From positions 1 to 34,710 of the forward strand of contig RBZT01000737.1 of the NCBI GenBank assembly GCA_003693705.1: DNA of 34,710 bases. The letters are read 5' to 3'. The stretch comes from Polymyxa betae A26-41. Taxonomy: Eukaryota; Protista; Endomyxa: Phytomyxea. The translations under genes and the position numbers were made by a program. Each line of letters opens with the position of its first letter. Position 1 is the stretch's first letter. Below the pieces are notes generated by a model, which worked only from the letters and a program-made list of their open reading frames with translations, was not told where the DNA came from and did no database searches. Positions 1-11,741 of this stretch are shown piece after piece.

Positions 1-1326
1 AACGACACCGAACCCAGCCATGGTCGCATCCCTGCCAGCGAGGACAACATCGAGACGGGTTCCAGCCTCGGCGCTGCAGGCGACGCAGCACCCGTCGTAC
101 TGGCCCCGTCCAGCGGGTCGTTTGACGAGCCCGAACGCTATTTGGAGCTTGATCTCATCATTGAGCACGCAGAGCTCGGCTTGAAGCTGTCTTCTATGAT
201 CGCCCAGGTCAGTAAAACAGGCTACGAATATGTCCGGCGCCGGGCTTGCGATGTGTAGCAGCAAGAAATCCGAAGGCGGTCATCGGGCCGCGACCTCATG
301 CAGACATTGCGGGAGATGTTCCCGCATTCGGGCGTCATTTCCGCCGACATCTTCACCGACGAAATTGCCGCTCTGTTCTTGAATCGGCTCCAGACGGCAG
401 CGTGTTATTCACCGGATGCCGTGCTGGATCTGTTCACGAAGAGCGGAATCGGACGGATCCCATCAGTTGGCAGATTAATTCCCGGTTGGGCCGTCTCGAT
501 CCTCGTAACAGCCCATACCGATACACGCTCACTACGAGACGCTCTGGGCAAAATTGTGCAGCTGGTTCCTGAGGAATGCGGCACCATGTCCAGGGCCAGT
601 ATTCCGGAGGATGTTCTCCAACGTAGTCCAATATGATATCTCGAGACAATGCGCAAATCCATCCCGACTATCGTCTGGCGAGAGTAGTCTTCGTTTCCAA
701 GATTATTGCAGCCGAATATATTCGATCACTCCCAGATCTCGACAAAACGTTATTCTTTGTCGGGTTCCCGTTCCATCTGCCGATGGTGAAACTCGGCGAT
801 TTCACGGTCGTCGATCTGCGGGATATTCTGCCGTTCGTGATTGGTGCCGATCAAAGCGCTGAACGAGCACCTTCCAGACCTGATTCAGAGCGGTCGTTTC
901 GACGTGATCGCCTCCGTCATCAACGCGAGAACTTTCGCTTTGCGTCCAGCTGGTGTATCTACAACATCATAATTGAAACTGATCAACATCGAGAGCCAGC
1001 ACGACCTGTTACGTGCTCTGCTGCAGACGTCGTTCGGGGACGGCGTTCTCCAGGAAGCCGCCTCTAACACCTATTTCAGCCCGATTCTGCATTATGCCGT
1101 ACAGGTCGGCAATGAAGCTGCCGTTCGTGATCTTCTGTCAGTTGAGGGACATATTGATTTGAACTTTCTCGATGACCAGTGCCGGACTGCCCGTTCCTAT
1201 GCTGCAGAGGATTCGGAGATCGCGATCTTCTTGGATGGTCTGACCACCGTACTGCCCGTCTCTAATCCGGTCATGGTTCCGAAATCGCGAACTTCTTGGA
1301 TGTCACAGCTATATGTAATATCTTGA
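1..1326 (+). pseudogene. Pseudogene copy of the secreted ankyrin-repeat protein at 5017-6447 (5' end outside the window)
   Basis: Colinear with 5086-6447 (shared TEPSHGR, DIFTDE.AALFL, YSPDAVLDLFTKSGIG, PILH.AVQVGN). In-frame TAG at 256-258 where the paralog has TGG (W). Further stops and frameshifts split it into ORFs 298-636, 633-1067 and 973-1326. Ends YVIS instead of CVIS. Confidence 0.9.
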
Positions 1327-1650
1327 TGAATGTGATGATACTCTATAATTTGGCTCTTTTCTGATAAACCCTCTTTGTTACTAACTGACTTCTGTGCCTG
1401 TGCTGGTTGCTTTGAAACCCTAAAACCTAATTTCCGGGCAATCTTGCGCTTTCAGCCTCCCGTCGTCGCTGTGTAAAAGTATGAAGTAAACCCCGCTGGA
1501 TTCATCTTCCAGTACTGCTCCTGTTGAGAACTTCATTAGATTGCTGCGCCATTCATGCAATCAGACAACAATAATTGAAAGTGTTACGCTGTAGCTTCGA
1601 CAATGGTTTCAGGTCTGGCAGAAATATAGATTTTGCTTCTATATCTTGCA
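1..1650 (+). repeat. Segmental duplication of 5086-6733 (gene plus ~320 bp of 3' flank)
   Basis: 3' flanks align (actctataatttggctcttttctgataaac; tcatcttccagtac; tgtagcttcgac; ggcagaaa.atagattt). Similarity stops at atcttgca (1650 / 6733). Confidence 0.9.
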
Positions 1651-4400
1651 AGTTAGGGTTTAAGGTTTATGGGTTGTTAAATGATACGACACTGTTGATA
1701 TCCTTCAGGAGTGATGTCCGCACTAGGGTAACTGTGCCGCCCTCCCCACCGAAAGGTGCGAACAAATAGTGTAGTCCAATCCAATACAATCCAGCGTTAT
1801 GTTCTCCGCCTGCTTGACAATTCCGATGTTAGTGGCAGATACCACCCTTTTATCGCCCAGAGACGCGCCAATGTAACATAAGGATTCAGATCATTTTTGT
1901 CTTTCAGTAAATCCAGCCGGTTCACCATGTGAAACGACGCGACGCTGTCCATCAGCCAGTCCCTGATCCTTTTCTGACTAACTCTACTTCGAGGTTATTA
2001 TCTTCTCTACTTGGTGTGTTTCTGTCACTGAGAATACCCAGGCGGTGTAGAATTTCATCTAACTAAGTATACCTCGCTGTATGATTTGCTTCGAAACGGA
2101 TATTTCTAGTTTGATGTTTTTTGTTGCAAGATGTTGGGATTTTTTGGTTCAGGTCCTTTTGCCAGTAAAGTGCGCTTTGTGTGCCTGTGTCTGCTGTAGT
2201 ATAGTTTGTAAATCCACTGATTTGTCTATACTGTACTTGCCTACTTCCGATATTCATATTCATCAATGTTTCTGATTTCCGTTAGTAACTCAAGCTGTTT
2301 TCGTTTTTTTTTTCGTTGAGTGAACCCGCGCTCCATTGAAAAATGTTGAGGAAGACATTTCTGTCTTCCGTTGTTGGATCATGTGTGCTCGAGTGGATTT
2401 CCCTATGTGGAGTATAGTCATTGATGTTAGTACCTACTAGGCTGTGTGCTCGCTATATCCCCTTGGGACATTTTGTCAAAATATTCTGTAATATGTCTTT
2501 AGTTGTACTGGGTGCCATGGATTAGTGTTGGAAGACGATATACTTTTGCCTTGCCTTCTTCAATACGAGGATTTTCCCATGCGAGTGCTACGAGTTGGTG
2601 GTAGCGATTACGTCTCTGTGTGATTCCACAGTATCTTTTCTGCTCGAATTCTCCGTTATTTTTGTGCTTTAAGCTTATTATATTCACACAATCTAGGTTT
2701 CGGGTGGCTTTTATTCTTATATGGATTATTAGATTTTTTGGTGAAAACAAGATTCTTTCATTGCTGTTTTGTATTCATTGTAGCTTAAGGGGGCACGAAA
2801 TCCATGTGTGTCTGTCGTTAGAACATGCTGTCGAGTCCGGGAGAGAAGTGATCGGAACTGCTTCTATTGTATTTAAAGGCAGTTAGTAAATTGAAATGTA
2901 AAACAGGAATGTCGAGCTCGGGCAAGATGACGTCGAGGACGAGGTGGCCGCCCTAGGGTTTTGAATCACCGATTGGCTGCTTCCGGAGCTGGAGATGAGA
3001 TTGAGTCATCATTCCGGGAATTATCAGTCGAACCGGAGTTCAGGGTCATGACACATGCCAAGCAGTGTTCAGTCTCGTCTTTCTTAGGGCATTCTTTTGT
3101 ACTATGTGGTGCTGCGCATCGTCCGCATCGGATATTATGGCATTTTGCATCGGAGCAGCTAGCATATTGGCATGTCCTGCATATTCTGGCATTGTGGTTG
3201 TTGAGCAGGGCATCACGATATTTGCGCTTGAATATTGTAACATATCCTTTTCTGATAAGGTATTTGGCTTCATCAGGATAGTTGTAGAATACTTAAATAA
3301 ATCCTGGCGTGCTGATAGATAACTTGGACAGGTTTTGGTCCTGCACAGACTGCAAGCAAACCCTTGGATTTGACAAAGCAATGTGGGACACTGAACCCAG
3401 CTACGTGTCGGTCATCATCAGACTGGACCGTTCGATGTGGTGTGATATTGTTTGACAGGCTTCTTTTGATTGCGGTCTCTTTGAGAATCTTGTATTGCCC
3501 TGTTTATGATTAATTTTGTTTTCACTATATTTTTTGTGTGTGTTACCGGGTTTTAGGTTGGTTGTCGTGATGTCTCCTTTGTCGCTTACATCAATGTTGT
3601 CCATTAGGTCGTTTCCGTTTAAAAGGTTGACAGATTCAGCGTATTTTTCTAATAATTCGACTGGGTGCAAGATGTTACGTACCTTCATTGTCCTGTTCTG
3701 ATTTGATGACGGCTGCACTGTAGTTAAAATCATTGCGATGAATTTTTGGTTGTGGTTTGTAGTTAGCCATATTCTTTAGTCCGCCTTTGTTTTTTGTCGG
3801 TGCAATTTGAGTCTTTTTTGTGGAGGGTTGACTACATCATCAGAGAGGCTTCTTGCGCTTCTCTTGTTGACTGTCGACAACGTTGGTTGCGTCAACGTTT
3901 TCATGATTTCGTCTTCGTTGTTTGCTGTGTTCATTGCTGATTCAAAATGTGTTTGTTCAATTGTTCTTGCTGGAAGGATGTCTTAAGATTGGATATTGCC
4001 GCAAAACCAATTTTTGGTAAGAGTTGGTGTGTTCTATAATGTATACCACTGTTGGAGAGGGTTAGTGGATTCATATGCCAGTGATTGGTCCACGAATCCA
4101 TGTTTTGGATTGCAACACAGTACAGCAAGGTATCGTTCCACTGGGCGACAATGTTGCGCAAGACTACGTGTGGTGGTGTGTTGGCATCAAGAGTAACCTG
4201 GCCGGGAGTCGGGGTTTCGCATCGGATATCAATACAAAATTTTGCGGTCGCAAAACATGTGCGTGAGCGCTGATCAATCACGCAGTTTTCTGAGGAATAA
4301 TTGAGCATCTTGGAAATTTACGAAAATTTATCCAGGGAGTGCGCGGTCTGTTCCGCAGATTCCCTGGCTGTTTCTGCATCTAAGCATCTTCAAACGTCAT
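1651..4400 (-). mobile_element. Degenerate non-LTR (LINE-like) retrotransposon: gag-like ORF1 remnant plus start of an APE endonuclease; no recognisable RT
   Basis: Minus-strand frame reads RICRTCQ...HNIR-CGRCAAPHSTKEC-PKKDETEHCLAC (CX2CX3HX4C at 3089-3127). Downstream, RNVFLNIFQWSAGSL (~2320-2365) resembles the APE N-terminal motif (L.I.QWN..GL). Many stops and frameshifts. Left boundary coincides with the end of the duplication; right boundary is approximate. Confidence 0.7.
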
Positions 4401-5016
4401 GGAGCGATATGATGTGTGTGGCGAGCGTGTCTCGTTCTCTCATAGGTACATGAAAACGATCCGGAAGAAAACTTCGAGTTTCAGCGCAAAATCAGATAAA
4501 TGATACAAGATTTAACCGAATTCCAACGACAGATGTGAGAAGATTCCCTTCAGCAATTGTCCATTCATGAATTCTTTCGTTCGTCGATTTAATAACCTCT
4601 AAAACAACCAAGCAGGGTTGATTGCTTTAGATTCTAAGAATATCTGATAACCGAATATTTCGCTGATTTCGGTATCGGTTATTAGATAACAGAGAACCCC
4701 ATATCGGATCGGATATTGGAGTTTTTCGGTTATTGGAGTATCGGTTTTCGAAATAGTTTATTGATGCTGTTGCATGACTGTATCCTGAGGTGAAGAGTGA
4801 CTGAAAGTTAGGGTTTTGGTTTTGTAGGATGTATATGTTGATAGATATTGAGTACCAATGATACTGGAGTGTGGTTTGGATTTCACAGTTATAGGAACTG
4901 CGGATGAGAGGGCCAACAACTACGACGACGCCCATAGCCCCCGGGGCAGTATTAACTTAAGTCGGATTCAACCGGAATCAATCATTATACAATTGTAGGC
5001 TCAAGACAATATTTAC

Positions 5017-6447
5017 ATGACAGAGATCATGAATCTTGTTTTTGTGATCACTGCACTTCTGTCCGTGACGGCGTCCGCCACACAGAACGCCACCGAACCC
5101 AGCCATGGTCGCGTCCCTGCCTGCGAAGACAACATCGAGACGGGATCCAGCCTCGGCGCTGCTCTCGAACCAATATTCGCCGCACCGGACGTACCGGCCC
5201 CGTCCAGCAAGTCGCCTGATGAGCCCGAGCGTGATCTCGATTTAAATGTCATCTTTCTGCACGAGCTGTACGGCCTGTGGCCAGCTTCAACGTTCGACCA
5301 GGTCAGCGAGAAGAGCTACGAACAAGTCCGGGCTCGGGCTCGCGATGAGTGGCTGCTCGAGCTCAAAGAACGCAGGTCTTCAGACGGCGACTTCTTGCTG
5401 AGATGTCGGCAGCTGTTCGCGCATCCGACCGCCATTCTCTTCGACATTTTCACCGACGAAGCGGCCGCTCTCTTCTTGAGTCGGATCCAGATGGAAGCGC
5501 TTTATTCACCTGATGCCGTCCTGGATCTGTTCACGAAGAGCGGAATCGGACAGATCCCATCAGTTGGCAGATTAATTCCCGGTTGGATCGCGTCCATCAT
5601 ATTATCTGCAGATGATTATATCGAGGGGCAGAAACTAAGAAAGGGTCTGTTCAAGATTATGGAGCTGGCTCCTGAGGATTGCGGCACAATGTCCACGGCC
5701 AGTATTCCCGATGATATTCTCCAAGTACTTCAGCAATTTACCGACAACAGTGAGGTCGATGAAATTGCAGCTCATCTTCCCGGAGTATTTGCAGAAATCT
5801 ATTTCCATATTCGTGTGTATGCGGCAGCCAGCGCCTCCAAGATTATTGCAACAAAATATATTCGGTCGCGCCCAGACCTCGTCAAAACCCTCTACTTTCT
5901 CGGAGTTCCCTTTGATCTGTCGAAATTGAAACTCGATTTCACGGCCTTCCAGCTGCACAGCTTTCTGCCTTTCGTTACTAAGGCGGACTTTGCCCTGGAT
6001 AAGCAGATTGAAGACCTGATCCAGGCCGAACGTTTCGACGTGATCACCTCCATCATGGAGTGCGACAATTTCAGATGTGGTCACACTGCGTCAATCCACA
6101 GCATCATACTGACTCTGATCAACACCGAGGGCCAGCACGACCTCTTACGCGCTCTGCTGCAGACGCCGTTCTGGGACGGCCTGCTCCACGAAGTCGTCTC
6201 TGTATACTATGGCAGCCCGATTCTGCATCATGCCGTACAGGTCGGTAATGTCGAGGCCGTTCATGAGCTGCTCTCTATTGAGGGAATGATCGATTTGAAC
6301 CTTCTCGATTATGAGAACCTTACTGCCCGTTCTTATGCTGCAAAAGGTTCTGAGATCGCGAACTTATTGGATGCTCTGCCCGTCTCTATGCCGGTCAAGG
6401 GAGATCGCGATGATGTTGGATGTTTTGGGCTGTGTGTAATATCTTGA
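5017..6447 (+). CDS. Secreted-type ankyrin-repeat protein with C-terminal CaaX box (candidate effector), 476 aa, intronless
   Basis: Hydrophobic N-terminus MNLVFVITALLSVTASA. Ankyrin-like GSPILHHAVQVGNVEAVHELLSIEGMIDLNLLDYENLTARSYAA. Ends GCFGLCVIS-stop. The true start may be the Met at 5029. Confidence 0.85.
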   Translation: MTEIMNLVFVITALLSVTASATQNATEPSHGRVPACEDNIETGSSLGAALEPIFAAPDVPAPSSKSPDEPERDLDLNVIFLHELYGLWPASTFDQVSEKSYEQVRARARDEWLLELKERRSSDGDFLLRCRQLFAHPTAILFDIFTDEAAALFLSRIQMEALYSPDAVLDLFTKSGIGQIPSVGRLIPGWIASIILSADDYIEGQKLRKGLFKIMELAPEDCGTMSTASIPDDILQVLQQFTDNSEVDEIAAHLPGVFAEIYFHIRVYAAASASKIIATKYIRSRPDLVKTLYFLGVPFDLSKLKLDFTAFQLHSFLPFVTKADFALDKQIEDLIQAERFDVITSIMECDNFRCGHTASIHSIILTLINTEGQHDLLRALLQTPFWDGLLHEVVSVYYGSPILHHAVQVGNVEAVHELLSIEGMIDLNLLDYENLTARSYAAKGSEIANLLDALPVSMPVKGDRDDVGCFGLCVIS

Positions 6448-8353
6448 TGAGTGTGACAATACTCTATAATTTGGCTCTTTTCTGATAAACTTCTTGTTGC
6501 TAATCTGACTTCTGTACCCGTATATGAAATCCTAAAACGTAAATCCCCAATCCCTTCCGTATTTGTGTAGGTAACAGTATGAAGATGAACTCCTCTAGAC
6601 TCATCTTCCAGTACGGCTCCGGATTGCTGCTCCATTCATTCAGTGAGACGACAGTATTTAAAAACGTTACGATGTAGCTTCGACGTCGATTTCAGGTTTG
6701 GCAGAAAGATAGATTTAACTTCTACATCTTGCATAAAAATATTCGCAAAATACGGTTGATTGTTTGCTAGAAGGCTAATAAGGAGGGAATCAAATGTGTC
6801 GATCAGATCCGGACCAAGATGCAATGGTTATGATCTGTGAGCGATCCCTCGGTTCACGTCGGATCGCTCTTCTGGAATCAATGTAGTTAAGATCTGAGCA
6901 GAAAAAGTGTCTGACCGAAACATCTTCCGATCTCAATGCTGTAATAAAATGCTGAATGGAGATGGGATTAATGTGATGCAGTCGGCATCAGCGAACCCTA
7001 AAACCCTGCGTCCGGATGGTCTTCGGGAGACTGTTTCTGGCTCCATCCCTCATGATTGCTGACAATAAACTCATTCTCTTTAATGCCTCTCATTCTCCTA
7101 TCTGAGACATCATCAATGCTTTCTCCATCAAATCTGTATAGACGCCGGCTTTTAGGCCGGCCTTAGACAGCAGCGTCCTTGACAATACACGATAGCAGCG
7201 ATCCAGTATGACAGCCACTGCATTTGGATTCACCAACTGTTGGGGGAAGAACATTTGATTAGAAAATGTTCCGACTGAAATAGTTTGACAAGTGAGGATT
7301 CTGGGGAATTAATTCCTAAGTTCTTTGAAAATATTTTATTCTGCAAGATAAAGCCGGTGGCTGCGGAATGACGGAGATTATCAGCAAACCGTTTCAGGAT
7401 TGGATGAAAACACCTGAAACAGTTGCAGCTAGAACTTCACCTCTCTGATTGCCATTCTCGGTTCTCGTTAAAAAATGACATTTCTAATCTTTTGTTATAT
7501 GGTATCGAAGAATTAGTCGCTACCTAGATTTCAGATCAGCAAGAGGAAATTCGTCACTATCATCGTCCACCATACTCTGCTGAGCCATTTAGCTTTTAGT
7601 CCCCAGCTGTGGAGTAAACTCGTGATCATGACTACCCGTAGAGCTTAGTAACTGGAATAATTGCAAAGCCAAAGCACAGCGAATACCTCGGAAGCCGGCG
7701 ACGCCAATCTCGTCACAATATCTGTGCAGGTCTCGGCTGATTTCCAGCAGCAGTCTGCTATCTACTGTTTAATAGATATTCAAACGGTTTCACCTTTCAA
7801 TGTCGAATTTCTGACTTCTGCGTTTGATTTTGAAATCTAATGTGAAAGTTGGGCTGATTGCGCGTTCTTTTCTCGTGCAGATGCTGTTGCTCGTCCAGAA
7901 TTGAGTCCGAAACCCAGATTGGAAGCCTGGATGAAAGGGACAATTTCAAAATCAACATTTATTCGCTCAGCCCAGACCACATCCCGGGGAGTCGTTCCTT
8001 CTACAAGCGACATCCAGAATGCATGGCGGGATCCTCAGCGTCCGCTCGGCCAACGTCGACGGAACCAGGAATACTGACATTGGCGTTGGTCGGTCGACGC
8101 CAATCAAGCTGTGCCTAACTGCGAGTGAATTAAACTTCGCCGATCGCGATCCCTTCAGATATCCGGCTGATCATCACTTTTTGCAAAATGAGTCTGCCTG
8201 AAGCAAGCGCTCTACAAGTATGGGAAGTTCAGCGAATCTGTCTCGCGAACGTCTTCGTGTAGAACCTATCACTGTTGATCAGTAGAACGTGAAATGATGT
8301 TCAAGCTGATCATATATTTAAAAATGTTTGCAGAAAATGCATTGCCGATGAGT

Positions 8354-11300
8354 TTATTTCGCTTCATACCAGTTTTGTACAATTTTGGCATCGACAACAA
8401 GGTCGACTCGAAGTGGAGCGGAGAACGGATGCTCCATACGCTGTCGAACTATAGATAGTGCTTCATTACTCGATTCTGAAGGACCTTCCAAGATAACCTA
8501 GAATCATCCGATCAGCATTCGTAAATCTTAAAGCATAAAGCTTTAAACCACCTCATCATGAATCTGTAACAGTAACTTCCAGCCGAGCTCTTTAAGGCGA
8601 TCATCTTGCCAGATCTTGATCATGGCCATCATTACAACGTCAGCGGCACTACCTTGTACAGGAGTATTGATCGCCAGACGATTCGCCCTAGCCATGTCTT
8701 TGGAACTCGATTGTGGACGGGTTCCAGTCCTTTCAGAGTTTTTCACTGGAAGAGCAAAAACTCTTCGGGAGCGCCCCATTAACGTCTTGACGGATCTAAG
8801 CTCACGTTCAAAACCGATTGGATAATAAATCAACAGTAACAACCCGGTTTGCTCAGCAAGCTTTTTCTGAAGATCTTGCCAATTTTTCACTTCAGGCCTG
8901 TCGCTGTACCATCGTTGAACAATCTTTTCAGCTTCAGCCACCGAAACACCCCAGTCATTACCCAGTCCACTAAGGCATTTTTAAATTGGTGCAGATATAT
9001 GGCGAAAGATGCAAACCGGGCTGTCTTTCCGTATGCGATAGAGAAGTTCAGCGTTTTCGCTTGCCTTCTTTCAGCTCCGAATTTGTCTTTGAGGAGAGGC
9101 TTTGGGGTAGGTCCTAGATAGCATGAGCTGGGTTGGCGAAGGCAGAGATTAAATAAGCACCTTGAGAGAAATCCCATTCTAGTAAAACTTCTCCGTTATC
9201 GACAGCAGTTTTAATATGATCGTACATGCCAATAGCGGTACGTGAATGAAAGTCGCCGCCAGCTTTGAATGCATCGATCATGCTTTTGCAATTCGAAAGA
9301 TGTGCAAGCAAACGCAGCTTCACCATTCATTATAATTGGAAACCGAGCACAAGAAACTTGAAACAATTGACGTACTTCTAACTGACCGTAATCAGCAATA
9401 ACAAGAGATCGACCAGGAGCAGCAGCAAACGCTTGTCGAATTCTATAAGAATCCTTTTCAAGTGACGGTTGGTTTTGAAGATTTGGCCTTCTTGCAGATA
9501 AGCGCCCGGTTTCAGTGTTCAGATTCAAAGAGCAATGAATTCTCGAATCAGAATCAATTTGAGTCTGCAACGGAATCAAGTACGTGTTCAGGAGTTTCTC
9601 TATTCGACTAGCTTTGACAGCGGCATCCAAGGCAAAACATGCTTCTAGCCCAATATCGCCGCCACCCAAGTCATCGTAGATACGGCCAAATTTGGGAGGG
9701 TCTTTATCTGGGGACTGTCGACAAAGTCAGTAAATATTATACCATTTAAAAAGCAAAGAATACCCCAGCTAAAACAGCCAGTGAAGCAGAATCGGCAGAT
9801 GGTAAATTTTTTGGAGTACGTGACACAGGTTTCAATCCAAGCCCTGAGATAGAAAATGGGCGGAACTTTGATGGTTTCGTCTTTCCAGCTTCAACAAATC
9901 CGTCGATGTTTTCGGTTTTAAATACACGCTCTCGTTTTAGTATTACCTTGCCGTCTCGATCCAATAACGGAGCGAATAGCAGCTGCTGCAATTGCGAAGT
10001 ACTCTTTGGATTGATAAACTTGGCGTCAGGACATTGATGAGCGGCCCACTGACGGAAAGTATTCCTAATATCAATACGCAATTTGGTAAATGAAACAATT
10101 TGGAACAAAACAGCAGAACAAGTAAGGTCGCAAAAAAGATAACATTTCTAGTACCATAATGTTTCAGCATCACCTTCGGCTTCTTTCTGAGCCTGGGCCA
10201 GCCAATTGGTGTTTAGAAAAATACCAGCGCGTTCCATATCAGTCAATAATTCACCAAATGGGCGCCAATACCGCTCGTAGAAATCGTACATTGTGGTTGG
10301 AACTTTTAAAAAAAGAGGTTGGTTTTTGAGCTGAATCTCTAGAGCCCTTCTTAAATCGAATGTTAATTCAGCATCAGATGCAGCATAATCAATCCAGTCA
10401 GAACGAGTCATTGGATTGCGTTGAAGCTGTCGTTTGCAATCAGGCAAAGTATTGAAAACTCCAACAGCATTACCTCCTCTAAATCTGGCATCACATTGAT
10501 TTTGGCTACAGTACCATCTTTGAGAAATTTTTGCCCGAACCGCTCTTTGATGGGGCGCTTCCGATTGTTAAGAAAGTGTTCGGACAGGCCTTCAAGAGAA
10601 TAAGCGCCTTTGCCAGAACGCGTAGGGTCGAGAAGCCGGGCAAGATGCATTGTATCCCCGCCAAAACCCTTGCAATTTATACCATGATTGTAGAGTATAT
10701 GTCGATCGAAGCTATAATTATGCCAGACCTGCAATAGCAAATTAGTGATAAGAATGAAATTTGGTCTATAATAACCAAAGAAAGACAAAAGAGTTCACGA
10801 TTAATGCCAGGAACCCAACTTATGAGAAAGGGAAAGGAAATGATGGAAGTAGAATACAGAAATCGCATAGATACGTTCTGAAATGATAAACTTGATTTGA
10901 AACGCCAGCTAGAGCTGCATGTTAAAAGGCAATACTTACTTTTAAGATGGAATCATTTTCGAAGAATGGCTTAAACACTTCAAGAGTGCCTTCAGCATTG
11001 TCCAGATTATCAATGAAGAGGCGAGAGCCGCTACCGAAATCTATGTCTGATCCTGCATAGACAGTCGCTGCAATCACTCTACCGTGACCAATCGGGCTCT
11101 GCTTTTTAACGTCGATATCAGCAGCCTCAGTATCGCAAGCCCAAAACCGAGTTGGATCTCGCTCGTGAATCAGAAATATCTGTTCCAATGCTCTCTTTGC
11201 TGAATCCACATCGCTGATGACAGTGGTTGGCTTCTTTTCTAAATCAGCATCTTTGACGACAGTGGTTGCAGATGGGGTTGTGGCAGATGGGGCTAATGAG

Positions 11301-11578
11301 AGAGGCCTTCGGAAAGCGGCCGCGCCTCCAAATCTTCTCCTTGAAGTGACGAGGATGGATTCATGGGGCGACCCCAAGCATGACGATGCCGCACAATGCC
11401 GCTCGCTGATCCATGACGAATTTCGTTTGGGTTCGTGAGGTGAGCACCAGCTGAAAGCCGACTGCTGCACGAGTTCAGCCGATCGTAGAGGAATTCGTTG
11501 GGCATGGCATTGGACAAGATAACATGGATACGTTGAGGTGCCTGGATTCCGGCGGCGCAGCACCGACACCCGTAACAT
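8354..11578 (-). CDS. Organellar family-A DNA polymerase (POP / plant PolI-like) with 3'-5' exonuclease, multi-exon
   Basis: Arg/Ser-rich presequence. Exonuclease motifs ACDTE, VWHNYSFDRHIL, DTMHLARL, YAASDAELT. Polymerase motifs TETGRLSARRPNLQNQP, IADYGQLE|LRLLAH, ERRQAKTLNFSIAYG, AINTPVQGSAAD, LLQIHDE. Ends VVDAKIVQNWYEAK-stop. Confidence 0.95.
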
Positions 11579-11741
11579 TTAAAGCCTCTACTGCCGAAAG
11601 TTTGTCGAGCAAGGGCACGGACTCCGATGATCCACACACGGCGAAATCTCAAATGTATTGTTAGAAATGGTGCTTGTAATGGAATGGTCTTGAAGTGAGA
11701 GGATGATCTCTCATCTAGAAACATACTGAACAGAACGATAT

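Noticed and set aside
5635-6084. 149-aa antisense ORF (likewise 24503-24847 and 29121-29447)
   Set aside because: Shadow ORFs opposite real coding regions.
6800-8200. Short open frames suggesting a decayed or small spliced gene
   Set aside because: No recognisable motif and no consistent exon chain on either strand.
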